Below are positions 41,301 through 51,300 of a stretch of DNA of 64,000 bases, piece after piece. Each line of letters begins with the position of its first letter. Positions within the stretch are counted from its first letter, which is position 1. The notes under the pieces were generated by a model. That model had not been told where the DNA came from and ran no database searches. It saw only the letters and a program-made list of their open reading frames with translations. Location of the stretch: contig CM082576.2 of NCBI GenBank assembly GCA_040954595.2, positions 15,795,028-15,859,027 on the forward strand. Reading direction: 5' to 3'. The DNA comes from Balanoglossus misakiensis (taxonomy: Eukaryota; Animalia; Hemichordata). The translations under genes were made by a program, and so were the position numbers.

Positions 41301-42451
41301 TGGTTTATTTCCAAAATATGTAAATAATATGGACATTTCCAAAAGTTCTGCTGCATAGTCAAAACGATTGCATTTGTGCGGTTACTTTGCACATTTTACC
41401 GCCAACTGTGTTATCAAATGTTGACGTAACCCTTTGATATCCACGTAAAACAGTGATAAATTACTCGAATGATTTGAAACGGCTTTAAGAATAACGTACG
41501 GTTTCCTATGGTAAGATAAGTGTATCTGCATTTCGATTACGGTACCCGTCGATAAAGTATTCCTGATTTACATAACACCACTAAAAATTACCTTACTTGA
41601 CTATATATTATCTAAACCCAACAATTATAGGAATTGTTCAAAGTTTATTTTGTACAATACCTCCGAGTATATACTCGACATATGCTCTGCGATATCAGAA
41701 TTGTTCTTACCTGATTCCTTCGTCAGCATAGTTGCTCTCGATTGCTTGCACCATTTCTTTCCAGTCATCGCCAGATTCGGTGAACATGTTTACTGAAGAC
41801 ACGATATCTTGAATGATATCAGTTATCGTTTTGACATTGTATTTATCAATGACGATTATCATTGCAATGCCAGAGATAACATTTCCGATGTTTACCTTGG
41901 GCCTAATTGGCGTCGGTGTCATGGGATCTTCGTCACCGTGGTGTCGCCCTTGAGACTTCAATTGTTTTCTGACAATTTTCATTAAGATCTGCAAGACATA
42001 AATTTGATCAAAAGTTTAAAACTAAATATATATTGCTCTACAAGTGCTTACTATAAATTTAGATGAACAAGAAACTGCAGTAGATACACATTAGTGAACA
42101 ATTACAGCTAATGATAGAAAAGATAAAATATCATTCCATAGCTCAATATAGACCCTGACAATACCATTTTCGCTTTTCGTACCTCGCTGACTGTCTCTCC
42201 TTTAATAGCCTTCTTCGTTGATTGTTTTCTCTCAGATTTATCCAGTTTTATTCGCGAACGTGTCGTCAAACTTTCCACCACGTCAGACAAGATGGTTAAT
42301 GCATCCGAGGCCACCATCTCAACACAGTCGCTGTTTCCAAATCCTTCCCACCGCGGGATTGACAACATTAGCGCCCTTTCTGCGTCCACTTTACGGTTGT
42401 CGTTTGCCGTTCTTTCCATTCTTATTATACCATCATAATAATGTATGGCAT
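190..42451 (-). CDS. RNF213: RNF213/mysterin-like giant AAA+ ATPase / E3 ligase; multi-exon, 3' end lies left of the window, 5' end uncertain
   Basis: Dozens of splice-site-bounded minus-strand exons translate, in RNF213 order, to family motifs: NSTMPGNGKT, DPDDTYQLT..MRFRCGIPVVIMGETGCGKT, FFDEANTT, FVSLRDVER, GKPGSSKS, VVLDEVGLAEDSP, SNWALDPAKMNRG, GLRDFY, RIKICMETG..NLYESLYD, PIPLINRLEKH, RING, and RZ finger (WYRCKNGHPY..GEC). No in-frame stops in the exons I checked. Confidence 0.95.
578..650 (-). CDS. RNF213: RNF213-like exon preceding the RZ finger
   Basis: NLSLSAMSDDELYQTPLVLSDGWY(R), matching the RNF213 FLPTMPED...WY segment; phase-compatible with exon 190-319. Confidence 0.85.
1222..1401. 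repeat. Compound tetranucleotide microsatellite (TGAA)n(CGAA)n(CGGA)n(CGAA)n
   Basis: Directly visible. Confidence 0.97.
3720..3974 (-). CDS. RNF213: RNF213-like exon, E3 core downstream of the RING
   Basis: RAIMKLKGYRRKCNAFFLELVS...VDVESTPVVRSFILRQL, cf. RNF213 FRQMCNSFF...DKTPVIRSVILKLL. Confidence 0.88.
4095..4166 (-). mobile_element. tRNA-derived SINE-like remnant
   Basis: Minus strand has an A-box-like TAGCCGAGTGG and a B-box-like GGTTCTAATCC, without a complete cloverleaf. Confidence 0.4.
4312..4500 (-). CDS. RNF213: RNF213-like exon: atypical RING finger
   Basis: VLHCAAGKHPLADPVWLFCGHLCCQRCL...CPMDDCQKPLP; ends at an AG|GCAAGT donor. Confidence 0.88.
6841..7162. mobile_element. Non-autonomous DNA transposon (TTAAAGG terminus, Kolobok-like), copy 1
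   Basis: Starts TTAAAGG; imperfect inverted repeats about 6883-6971 / 7054-7151; homologous copy at 15091-15333. Confidence 0.65.
7344..8391 (-). CDS. RNF213: RNF213-like exons 7344-7775 and 7913-8391 (end of AAA6, hinge, start of E3 module)
   Basis: VRFLIQDER...HVVLLIHL...QPWMSVHIDELR, then ECGTFRRTL...PVLAELIS...LPFSWVIYE. Confidence 0.85.
10438..11048 (-). CDS. RNF213: RNF213-like AAA5 exons (about 10438-10524 and 10941-11048)
   Basis: VCRNIKRIKICMETGQTVILMNAENLYESLYDTMNQ | YYFEYGDLRYVNLGLGTHRCNARVDKNFR. Confidence 0.9.
11285..11316. repeat. (CAT)n microsatellite
   Basis: Directly visible, intronic. Confidence 0.9.
11804..11851. repeat. (CACCA)n microsatellite
   Basis: Directly visible, intronic. 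Confidence 0.9.
12118..14160 (-). mobile_element. Single Helentron-type non-autonomous element (HINE/DINE-like)
   Basis: Head hairpin GGGGACCAAGCG-ccctcagg-CGCTTGGTCCCC then a TTC microsatellite (about 14090-14157); tail subTIR GCTTGGGCCCC plus hairpin GCTGCttGCAGC-TTTAATT at 12118-12153. Confidence 0.75.
14802..16419 (-). CDS. RNF213: RNF213-like AAA4 exons (14802-14977, 15872-16042, 16197-16419)
   Basis: Walker A LVGKPGSSKSLA, Walker B VVVLDEVGLAEDSPLMPLK, and GMSNWALDPAKMNRG. Confidence 0.92.
15091..15333. mobile_element. Kolobok-like MITE, copy 2 (inverted relative to 6841-7162, truncated)
   Basis: Reverse complement matches 6841-7090; ends CCCTTTAA. Confidence 0.65.
15498..15615. repeat. 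Perfect 59-bp tandem duplication
   Basis: gtgatagagaacgaatgaaaatgccagatggcactcaaagccctacatctgaagcgcta x2. Confidence 0.95.
18480..18680. repeat. Interspersed repeat with internal inverted repeat; inverted homolog at about 43870-44075
   Basis: Shared aaaacgaggcca(c/g)taagccactgagt ... tggtctcgtttt and a shared core gtatcgtcgc(c/t)atagttg. Confidence 0.6.
18774..20120 (-). CDS. RNF213: RNF213-like AAA3 exons (18774-19080, 19469-19586, about 19996-20120)
   Basis: Walker A MGETGCGKTRLV, Walker B LFFDEANTTEAV, and FVAACNPY. Confidence 0.92.
23326..23563 (-). CDS. RNF213: RNF213-like AAA2 exon
   Basis: RVVNSTMPGNGKTLFV...PRIFHIDIS, cf. RNF213 SERAGVGKSLYV...FHLDV. Confidence 0.85.
25970..27663. 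mobile_element. 1.7-kb foldback non-autonomous DNA transposon, IS3EU-like
   Basis: TIRs of about 745 bp (25970-26715 / 26918-27663) with no mismatch found by eye, about 40 bp further imperfect pairing, spacer about 125 bp; termini TATGGGG...CCCCATA; flanked by the 6-bp direct repeat AAGTAG. Confidence 0.85.
27792..28763. mobile_element. Kolobok-like non-autonomous element with an internal tandem duplication of about 224 bp
   Basis: Starts TTAA-GGTGGCATTGCATGAAA; truncated complement TTTCATGCAATGC at about 28750-28762; near-identical direct repeats 28024-28247 and 28261-28485. Confidence 0.6.
30492..31270 (-). CDS. RNF213: RNF213-like stalk exon containing a UBA-like segment
   Basis: Long open exon: FLEDCTGQWKSIIRKARLDHPDLNNYTIRQI (cf. 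RNF213 W...KR..H.YLN.YT.EQ) followed by QFDGVTEMIAKASFQACEGDQDLGEVWCIEH. Confidence 0.82.
36853..37012. mobile_element. Tc1/pogo (Tigger-like) MITE remnant
   Basis: CAGTAAAACCTGTC...GACGGGTTTCACT ends and repeated GTGTCCTTAATAG motifs. Confidence 0.6.
37798..38769. mobile_element. PIF/Harbinger-type MITE
   Basis: TIR GGGACCGTTCAGTTTTTACGGC / GCCGTAAAAACTGAACGGTCCC with TTA on both sides (3-bp TWA target duplication). Confidence 0.85.
39010..39292. repeat. Diverged direct repeat pair of about 50 bp
   Basis: ctttgacatataggtgtcta...gtgttttactata at about 39010 and about 39243. Confidence 0.75.
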
Positions 42452-43869
42452 CTGAAACGAATCAAAGAAAATGACCGATGAGAGCTTTTGAATATATTTG
42501 CTAAATGATCAAGAAATAACCATTGTCTATCACATGCACATGCCAAGTTTGTCATGATTGCTGATAAGAACACACATGGAGTTGTACTTTGGTTGTTCTT
42601 TGTCAGACAAATTGCTTCTATGTCATCAAATCTGTAGTCCAGGAGGAATATTTAATGCAACATTATTTAATGAAGCTATCATATGTAAACAAACAAAATG
42701 GCGACCGCTCTCTGGCCTATGCACCTTTATAACGGCCGAATCCGAAAACCGGATGGGTTTTGAAGACATGAGAGACGGGGTTGTATTGAACGCGGATTTT
42801 TAAAACAAAAAGCTCGTGTGAAAACCTGATGCTGCAAAATTACTTTCGCCGACTTGTATGAAATGATGTAGCATCGGCAATAACTGTAGCCGCGCGTACG
42901 CTACAAGGGTGTGGTTCCACTGCGCTGATGCCGGTATAGACGGTCGGTGCTGTGCCGTTGAAGTTAAACATCATTTCTAACCTGACCAATTTCAGCTGCC
43001 TGCTCTCCGGCGACATCGTCGAAAGTAGTGTTTGGTATACAAGGCATTTTGCGTCACTATCCAAAGGGATTGCAATGCATGACGCCATCATTATGACGAC
43101 AATGGATGATTTAAACAAAAGATAATTACAAATTTATGGGGAGAAATGGTTTTTTGTGCATGATACGACAGCTTGGCTTGTATATATTCGTTACCATTTT
43201 CGTTCGTTCAGCTGTAGAAAATACGAGTGATACAAATGCCGTTTTACCACAAGCTGGACAAGAAAGGTAGTAGCCACTATAATATGCACCGTTGGAGCCG
43301 ACACATGTCCAATGCTTGGAATTGACATGAATCACTTTCATTTTCAAGAGAAGATTACACGAATCCTAAATGATGCAATTAAACCCGAATGCAAATTCGC
43401 ATTAATTTTTTTTCTGTCAATCTTGCTCACCTTGTCGACACGATCGTGGTTTCAGCCATCTGTAAATCGCACTTTGCTTACGGTATTTTTTACAAAATAT
43501 GTGCTCATATCTCTTTTCTTTGCCCGCAATATAGTACTTATATCGTAACAGCACGCCAGGTTCAAGCGCGTCTATCTGCCACTTGCATTCCATGTGAAAA
43601 ATATCATCATAGCCTGGAATTCTGCAGTGGAAACAATAGTATTTTTAACAAACTACACGCGTATAATAGCACAGATGAGACAAAGTTTGAAACTAGTCCC
43701 CTTCAATAGTGATTACCTTAGCCATTTACCAATGGCAAAGGCCTTTACAGGCAAAGCCAATAATGAACATCAACGTTAACATATACTCCAAAATTTCACA
43801 GTGTTTTCCTGTCTAAGACATCTATAAACACCTTTTTCGTAAACATGGCGCCCACTCAAAACATATAGC

Positions 43870-44075
43870 GTCATCTCCAAGTCGTAGGCGCGAAAACGAG
43901 GCCAGTAAGCCACTGAGTAGTGCTGGAGCTCGTCTGGTTTGTTCTGTATTTGATACAATGTGCGTGTAAAAATTACCTAAAATAAAATATGGCTGTCGAA
44001 CGTCTTTCTCAACTATAGCGACGATACACAAGATGATAACGGTTTTACTCCGTGGCTTACTGGTCTCGTTTTCTA
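43870..44075. repeat. Interspersed repeat, inverted homolog of 18480-18680
   Basis: Shares the inverted-repeat arms and core sequence of 18480-18680. Confidence 0.6.
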
Positions 44076-44606
44076 TATGAAAAGGCGTATGGTAATTTTG
44101 AATTTTAAGATTGAATGATCGAACATGGACTTCCGCAAAACATGTTAAAAAGTTTAAAGACACACACTGTTGTTAAGGGTACATGGTCATCTACGCAAAT
44201 GTAACCACTGTTATAATGGAAAGTTCAAATGCAGACGATAGATTTTAAGGGTTGGCTCACGCGAAAAGTGTGTGCCACCCACTGACACTTAACACTAAAA
44301 CTTGGATGTGTTCTTTTGTTTCTGAATGTGTAATTCAAAAGATCAACTTGCTGTAGACAAATGACTTTTGTTTACAATCTTTACTGGCCTGCAATTCCGG
44401 TCCAGGAGATTTAAATGCCTTTAGAACCTAGATTTTCGATGTGTACCCTTCCTTAACTAAACGTATTTGCTAATATATATTCAAACGCAAGATGTTTTAT
44501 GTCAAAGTTTTCAGGGAAAAAAAACAAATTTGTCTACGGATACCGGACTCATGGCTGTCGACATAGACATGATATGTGGAATTCACTGTAATGTGGTCTG
44601 GCTTAC

Positions 44607-45308
44607 GTTTTACGTGTCATTAACAGCTTCTGGTAGACGTTGTCATAGGGGTTTTCATTTTCCGTTTTTTTCCCGGTCCCATTTTCTTCTTTCCATATGT
44701 AGACAAGAACTTCGGTTGTGTCAAAATCTGGAATATCTTTGAATACATCTCTGCAGAGCAAGGTGTGTAGATGTATCATACAACCACTTTCAAACTGTTG
44801 TAAAGATCTAGTGGAAAACAAAAGCGTATCAATAAATCAATTGTCTGATGTGTAATGTTGACCACTGAAAGAAATAAAATCAACTCTATTTCGCCTTCAT
44901 GCTTCTGATCTTTTTGAAACATATTTGTTTCACTCATGGTTAGAAACTACTTGAAAAACAATCATAAGCCTTCTTTCTATAGAAAAATAGATCGAATCAT
45001 GCAAGACCGGTGACTGCGTTCTTTTTGTCATATTCTACATACAATGCAAGTGCAAACCAAGCAAAACAGATTTGGACTGTACGAGTTTTCATGTTTTGGA
45101 GGCTATGTGTCATTGTAAATTATGCTTACTGTATGTCTCTAGAATGTGCGTACATGTTTGCGAAGAGGAGATAGAGACTAGTTCAAGAACAGCAACGGGA
45201 ATACCAGCGGCAGGCGAACTTTAGGAATGTATACACTTACTTTCCACCATGTTGAGCCTCGGGACTTTCTCCTGCAAAATCTTTAGTTTTCGTTCCAGGA
45301 GACGTATC
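44607..45308 (-). CDS. Candidate N-terminal exons of the RNF213-like gene (44607-44751, 45241-45308)
   Basis: Good ag/gtaag boundaries and mutually phase-compatible: DTSPGTKTKDFAGESPEAQHGGK|DVFKDIPDFDTTEVLVYIWKEENG...; the phase join to the exon starting at 42451 is unresolved. Confidence 0.45.
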
Positions 45309-45371
45309 CTGGAAAAGTATTCGTGAGAAGAAATTATTTATTTTATGATCATGTTTTCAGGTAGGTTACTA

Positions 45372-48300
45372 CCCAAGTTGATGTCAGGTCAGGGGTGTGT
45401 CCCCTGCTACCGGTAAAATGTAACTCGGTACAACCTGCCGCATGGGTAGATGGGACCCAGCCCAGTAAGGCAGCTCATCTATGAGAAGGAAACTCTGATC
45501 CCAAACCTCCACTGCCCTGTGGATGACTGGGGCCTCGTGAAACAGTCTGGGTTTGTTTTTGGGGGCACAAGCGCCCTCAGGCGGCTTGTGCCCCCATTGT
45601 TATTGTTGGAATATTTGGGGGCACAAGCGCCCTCAGGCGGCTTGTGCCCCCATTGTTATTGTTGGAATTTTTGGGGGCACAAGCGCCCTCAGGCGGCTTG
45701 TGCCCCCATTGTTATTGTTGGAATTTTTTACGGGCCCAAGCCAAGCCAGGCTTGGGCCCGTATTGGTTTCGTTGGGGTTTTTCTTTCTTTCTTTCTTTCT
45801 TTCTTTCTTTATTCTTGGTTCACTTCTTTCGCGCTCTAGATCTCAGACACCGCTGCAGGTACAGTTCTCAAACTTGCTACAGTGGTCAAGGTCAATGAGT
45901 AGATGTGCAGTGACTTGTGAATACTTAATTAGTCACGTGACATGGCGGCCATATTGGATTTTCTGAAAAAATGCAAATCTCAGATCTCAGAAACTACAAG
46001 TCAGATCGAGTTCAGATTTGGCGTGCTGGTAGTATACCCTCTGCCCATCATTTTTGTAATTGGATATTTTGCTGTCAATGTTGCAGTTTTTTTGCTACAG
46101 TTGTTTTTCTGAAATCTGGTCTAAATTTCAAAAATCTTCTTCTCCAGAACCGGCGATAACCGAGTCACGCCGTTTGGGGTATGTGGTCACCTAACTGATG
46201 TCTATCAAGTTTGCGAAGATCATTGTGATTGGTCGAAGATTATGGCGGCCATATTGGATTTTCGAAAAACCATAGTAAAACTTCAAAAATCTTCTTCTCC
46301 AGAACGGGCGATAACCGAGTCACAAGATTTGGTGTGTGTGGTCATTAAACAGATGTCTATCAAGTTTGCGAAGGGGAATGTGATTGGTCGAAGATTATGG
46401 CGGCCATATTGGATTTTGTGAAAAACGATTAAAAAGTAAAAATTCCTTTTCTAGCCTAAAAATTGATAGCACAGAAATTCTTTTTATGGATATGAATCAT
46501 CATATGACAAGAATAACCTATAAATATTTTGGTAATTTTGGCAATGACCTTTGACCTACTTTTGACGCATCATTTTTCTGCATATCTAATTCCAGGCTAA
46601 CCAATAGGGCTATAAGTTTGGTTTTTGATGTATGTGGATTTGTATGTGATCAAAAAATTTTGCTACTTTTCATGACCCCTTTGACCTCTGGTGACCTCAT
46701 TAAATATGCGCATACCTAATTACAGATGAACCAATAGACCTAGAGGTTTTGTTTTTGTTATACATGGACCAGTATGGGGTCAAAATATTTTGCCCAAATG
46801 TTGGGTGACCTCGGGTGACCTTTGACCTACTTTTGCATATCTCGGCATCCAAAGCAGGTACAGCCTTGGCATTTGGAGATATGGGGCCATATTGAAAAGC
46901 CAAAGTTTTGGGTCACCTGTGACCTCTGCTGACCTCATTTATTATGTGCATAGCTAATTACAGGCGAACCAATAGAGCTAGAGGTCTGGTTTTTGTTGGA
47001 CATGGACCACTATGGGTCAAAATTTTCTTGCCCAAATTTTGGGTGACCTCAGATGACCTTTGACCTACTTTTGCATATCTCGGCATCCAAAGCAGGTACA
47101 TCCTTGGCATTTGGAGATATGGGGCCATAATTATAAGCCAAAGTTTTGGGTCACCAGTGACACCTGCTTAACTCATTATTTATGTGCATACCTAATTCCG
47201 GGCTAACCAAAAGGGCTAGAGGTCTGGTTTTTGTTGGACATGGACCACTATGGGTCAAAATTTTCTGCCCAAATTATGGGTGACCTCTGGGTGACCTTTG
47301 ACCTACTTAACACTATATCAACACCAAACATAGATATAACCTTGATATTTCATGGGATAAAACACAGCATTATGTTTCTACTCATTAATTATGTGCATAT
47401 CTAATAACCAGATCAGATAATAGAGCTTGGGCCCGGACAATGCTGCTTGCAGCTTTAATTCTGTCTTTCCTTCTTTCTTCTTTCTTCTTCTTTCTTTATT
47501 CTTGTGTCAATTCTTTGTCGCTCTAGATCTCAGACACCACTGCAGGTACACTTCTCAAACTTGCTACAGTGGTCAAGGTCAATGAGTAGATGTGCATTGA
47601 ACCCTTGAATTTTTAATTAGTCACGTGACCTGGCGGCCATATTAGATTTTCTGAAAAAATGCAAATCTCAGATCTCAGAAACTACAAGTCAGATCGACTT
47701 CAAACTTGGTGTGCAGGTAGTCTACCTTCTACCCATCATTTTTGTAATTGGATATTTTGCTGTCAATGTTGCAGTTTTTTTGCTACAGTTGTTTTTCTGA
47801 AATCTGGTCAAAATTTCAAAAATCTTCTTCTCCAGAACCGGCGATAACCGAGTCACGCGGTTTGGGGTATGTGGTCACCAAACTGAGGTCTATCAAGTTT
47901 GCGAAGATCATTGTGATTGGTCGAAGATTATGGCGGCCATATTGGATTTTCGAAAAACCCTAGTAAAATTTCAAAAATCTTCTTCTCAAGAACCAGCGAT
48001 AACCGAGTCACAAGATTTGGTGTGTGTGGTCATTAAACAGATGTCTATCAAGTTTGCGAAGATCATTGTGATTGGTCGAAGATTTTGGCGGCCATATTGG
48101 ATTTTGTGAAAAACGATTAAAAAGTAAAAATTCTGTTTCTAGCCTAAAAATTGATAGCACAGAAATTCTTTTTATGGATATGAATCATCATATGACAAGA
48201 ATAAGCTATAAATATTTTGGTAATTTTGGCAATGACCTTTGACCTACTTTTGACGCATCATTTTTCTGCATATCTAATTCCAGGCTAACCAATAGGGCTA

Positions 48301-51300
48301 TAAGTTTGGTTTTTGATGTATGTGGATTTGTATGTGATCAAAAAATTTTGCTACTTTTCATGACCCCTTTGACCTCTGGTGACCTCATTAAATATGCGCA
48401 TACCTAATTAATGATGAACCAATAGACCTAGAGGTTTTGTTTTTGTTATACATGAACCAGTATGGGGTCAAAATATTTTGCCCAAATGTTGGGTGACCTC
48501 GGGTGACCTTTGACCTACTTTTGCATATCTCGACATCCACAGCAGATACAGCCTTGGCGTTTGGAGGTATGGGGCCATAATGAAAAGCTAATGTTTTGGG
48601 TCACCTGTGACACCTGCTTAACTCATTAATTATGTGCATACCTAATTCTAGGCTAACCAAAAGGGCTAGAGGTCTGGTTTTTGTTGGACATGGGCCACTA
48701 TGGGTCAAAATTTTCTGCCCAAATTTTGGATGACCTCAGATGACCTTTTACGTAGTTTTGCATATCTCGGCATCCAAAGCAGGTACAGCCTTGGCATTTG
48801 GAGGTATGGGGCCATAATGAAAAGCCAAAGTTTTGGGTCACCTGTGACACCTGCTTAACTCATTATTTATGTGCATACCTAATTCCGGGCTAACCAAAAG
48901 GGCTAGAGGTCTGGTTTTTGTTGGACATGGACCACTATGGGTCAAAATTTTCTGCCCAAATTTTGGGTGACCTTAGATGACCTTTGACCTACTTAACACT
49001 ATATCAGCACCAAACATAGATATAACCTTGATATTTCATGGGATAAAACACAGCATTATGTTTCTACTTATTAATTATGTGCATATCTAATAATCTGATC
49101 AGATAATAGAGCTTGGGCCCGGACAATGCTGCTTGCAGCTTTAATCTTATTATTATTATTATTATTCTTCTTCTTCCGAGAAATATGTCATTGTAAATCT
49201 GGAAAACGGCAGCACCTAGGGGGCCGAAACTTGGTAGGGTGGTAGGGGCCAATGAGTAGACGTGCAGTGGCCCGTGAATATTTAATTAGTCACGTGACCT
49301 GGCGGCCATATTGGATTTCCTGAAAATCGTTAAATGAGTCCTTCTCAAAAACCACTGGGCTGATCGAGTTCAAATTTGGTGTGCAGGTAGCCTACCTTCT
49401 GTCCATCATTTTACCCCCTTGAAATCATGACGTCATACATAAAGTTTTTTTGCTACAATTGTTTTTCTGAAAAACTACTTAAAACTTTAAAAATCTTCTT
49501 CTCCAGAACCAGCGGTTACCGAGTCTCGGGATTTGGGATATGTGGTCACCTTACCTATGTCTATCAAGTTTGCGAAGCGCACTGTGATTGGTCAATCATT
49601 ATGGCGGCCATGTTGGATTTTCGGAAAACCATTGAAAAGTGATAATTCCGTTTTGTAGCCAAAATGTTGACAGCATGGAAATTCTTTTTTTGGATATGAG
49701 TCATCATATGACCGGAAGTTGTCACAATTTTTCAGGGCAATTTTCACATGACCTTTGACCCAGTTTTAAAACAACTAATTATATATGCATATTCCCCATA
49801 CCTCCTCTTGTCAAAGCACCACAGTCATGAATTTTGTGGACATGGGTACCAATGCTGCCAGGACATGACACAAATATTTTGGTTATTTTGGCAATGACCC
49901 TTGACCTATTTCTGAAACATCATTTTTCTGCATATCTAATTCTAGGCTAACCAATAGGGCTAGAGGTCTGGTTTTAGTTGGACATGGCCCACTCTGGGGT
50001 CAAAATTTTATGCCCAAATTTTGGGTGACCTTGGATGACCTTTGATCTACTTTCCCATATCTCAGCATCCAGAGCAGTTAGAGCCCTGGCTTTTATGGGT
50101 ATTGAGCACAGAATGGAGTCTTACACAAGACCTCATTAATTATGTGCATACCTAATTGCAGGCGAACCAATAGGGCTAGGGGTCTGGTTTTTTGTTGGAT
50201 CTAGACTAGTTTGGGGTCCAATTTTTTTGCCCAAATTTGGGGTGACCTCAGGTGACATTTGACCTACTTTCCCATATCTTGGTATCCCCAGCAGATACAG
50301 CCGTGGCATTTGCTGGTCACCATGGGAACCGCTTGTGCCCCCCCAATGCTGCTTGCAGCTTTAATTCTTTATTATTATTCTTCTTCTTCTTCTTCTTCTT
50401 CTTCCGAGAAATTCGGCCAGGTAGATCTGGAAAACCGCAGCACCTAGGGGGCTGAAACTTGGTAGGGTGATAGGGGCCAATGAGTAGACGTGCAGTGGCC
50501 CGTGAATATTTAATTAGTCATGTGACCTGGCGGCCATATTGGATTTCCTGAAAACCGTTAAATGAGTCCTTCTCAAAAACTACAAGGCCGATCGAGTTCA
50601 AATTTGGTGTGCAGGTAGCCTACCTTCTGTCCATCATTTTACCCCATTGAAATCATGACGTCACACATAAAGTTTTTTTGCTACAATTGTTTTTCTTAAA
50701 AAATACTTAAAACTTTAAAAATCTTCTTCTCCAGAACCAGCGGTTACCGATTCTCGGGATTTGGGATATGTGGTCACCTAACCTATGTCTATCAAGTTTG
50801 CGAAGCGCACTGTGATTGGTCGATCATTATGGCGGCCATGTTGGATTTTCGGAAAACCATTGAAAAATGAAAATTCTGTTTTGTAGCCAAAATGTTGACA
50901 GCACGGAAATTCTTTTTTTGGATATGAGTCATCATATGACCGGAAGTTGTCACAATTTTTCGTGGCAATTTCCACATGACCTTTGACCCAGTTTTAAAAC
51001 AACTAATTATATATGCATATTCCCCATACCTCCTCTTGTAAAAGCACCACATTCATGAATTTTGTGGACATGGGTACCAATGCTGCCAGGACATGACACA
51101 AATATTTTGGTAATTTTGGCAATGACCTTTGACCTATTTCTGCATATCTAATTCCATGCTACCCAATAGGGCTAGAGGTCTGGTATTGGTTGGACATGGC
51201 CCAGTCTGGGGTCAAAATTTTATGCCCTAATTTTGGGTGACCTTTGATCTACTTTCCCATATCTCAGCATCCAGAGCAGTTAGAGCCCTGGCTTTTATGG

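Noticed and set aside
5537-42481. Numerous plus-strand ORFs overlapping RNF213 exons
   Set aside because: Antisense shadows of coding exons, with no motifs or splice support.
45561-45723. Three palindromic repeats at 56-bp spacing, resembling a CRISPR array
   Set aside because: No unique spacers, eukaryotic context, no cas genes; the arms match HINE tail subTIRs.
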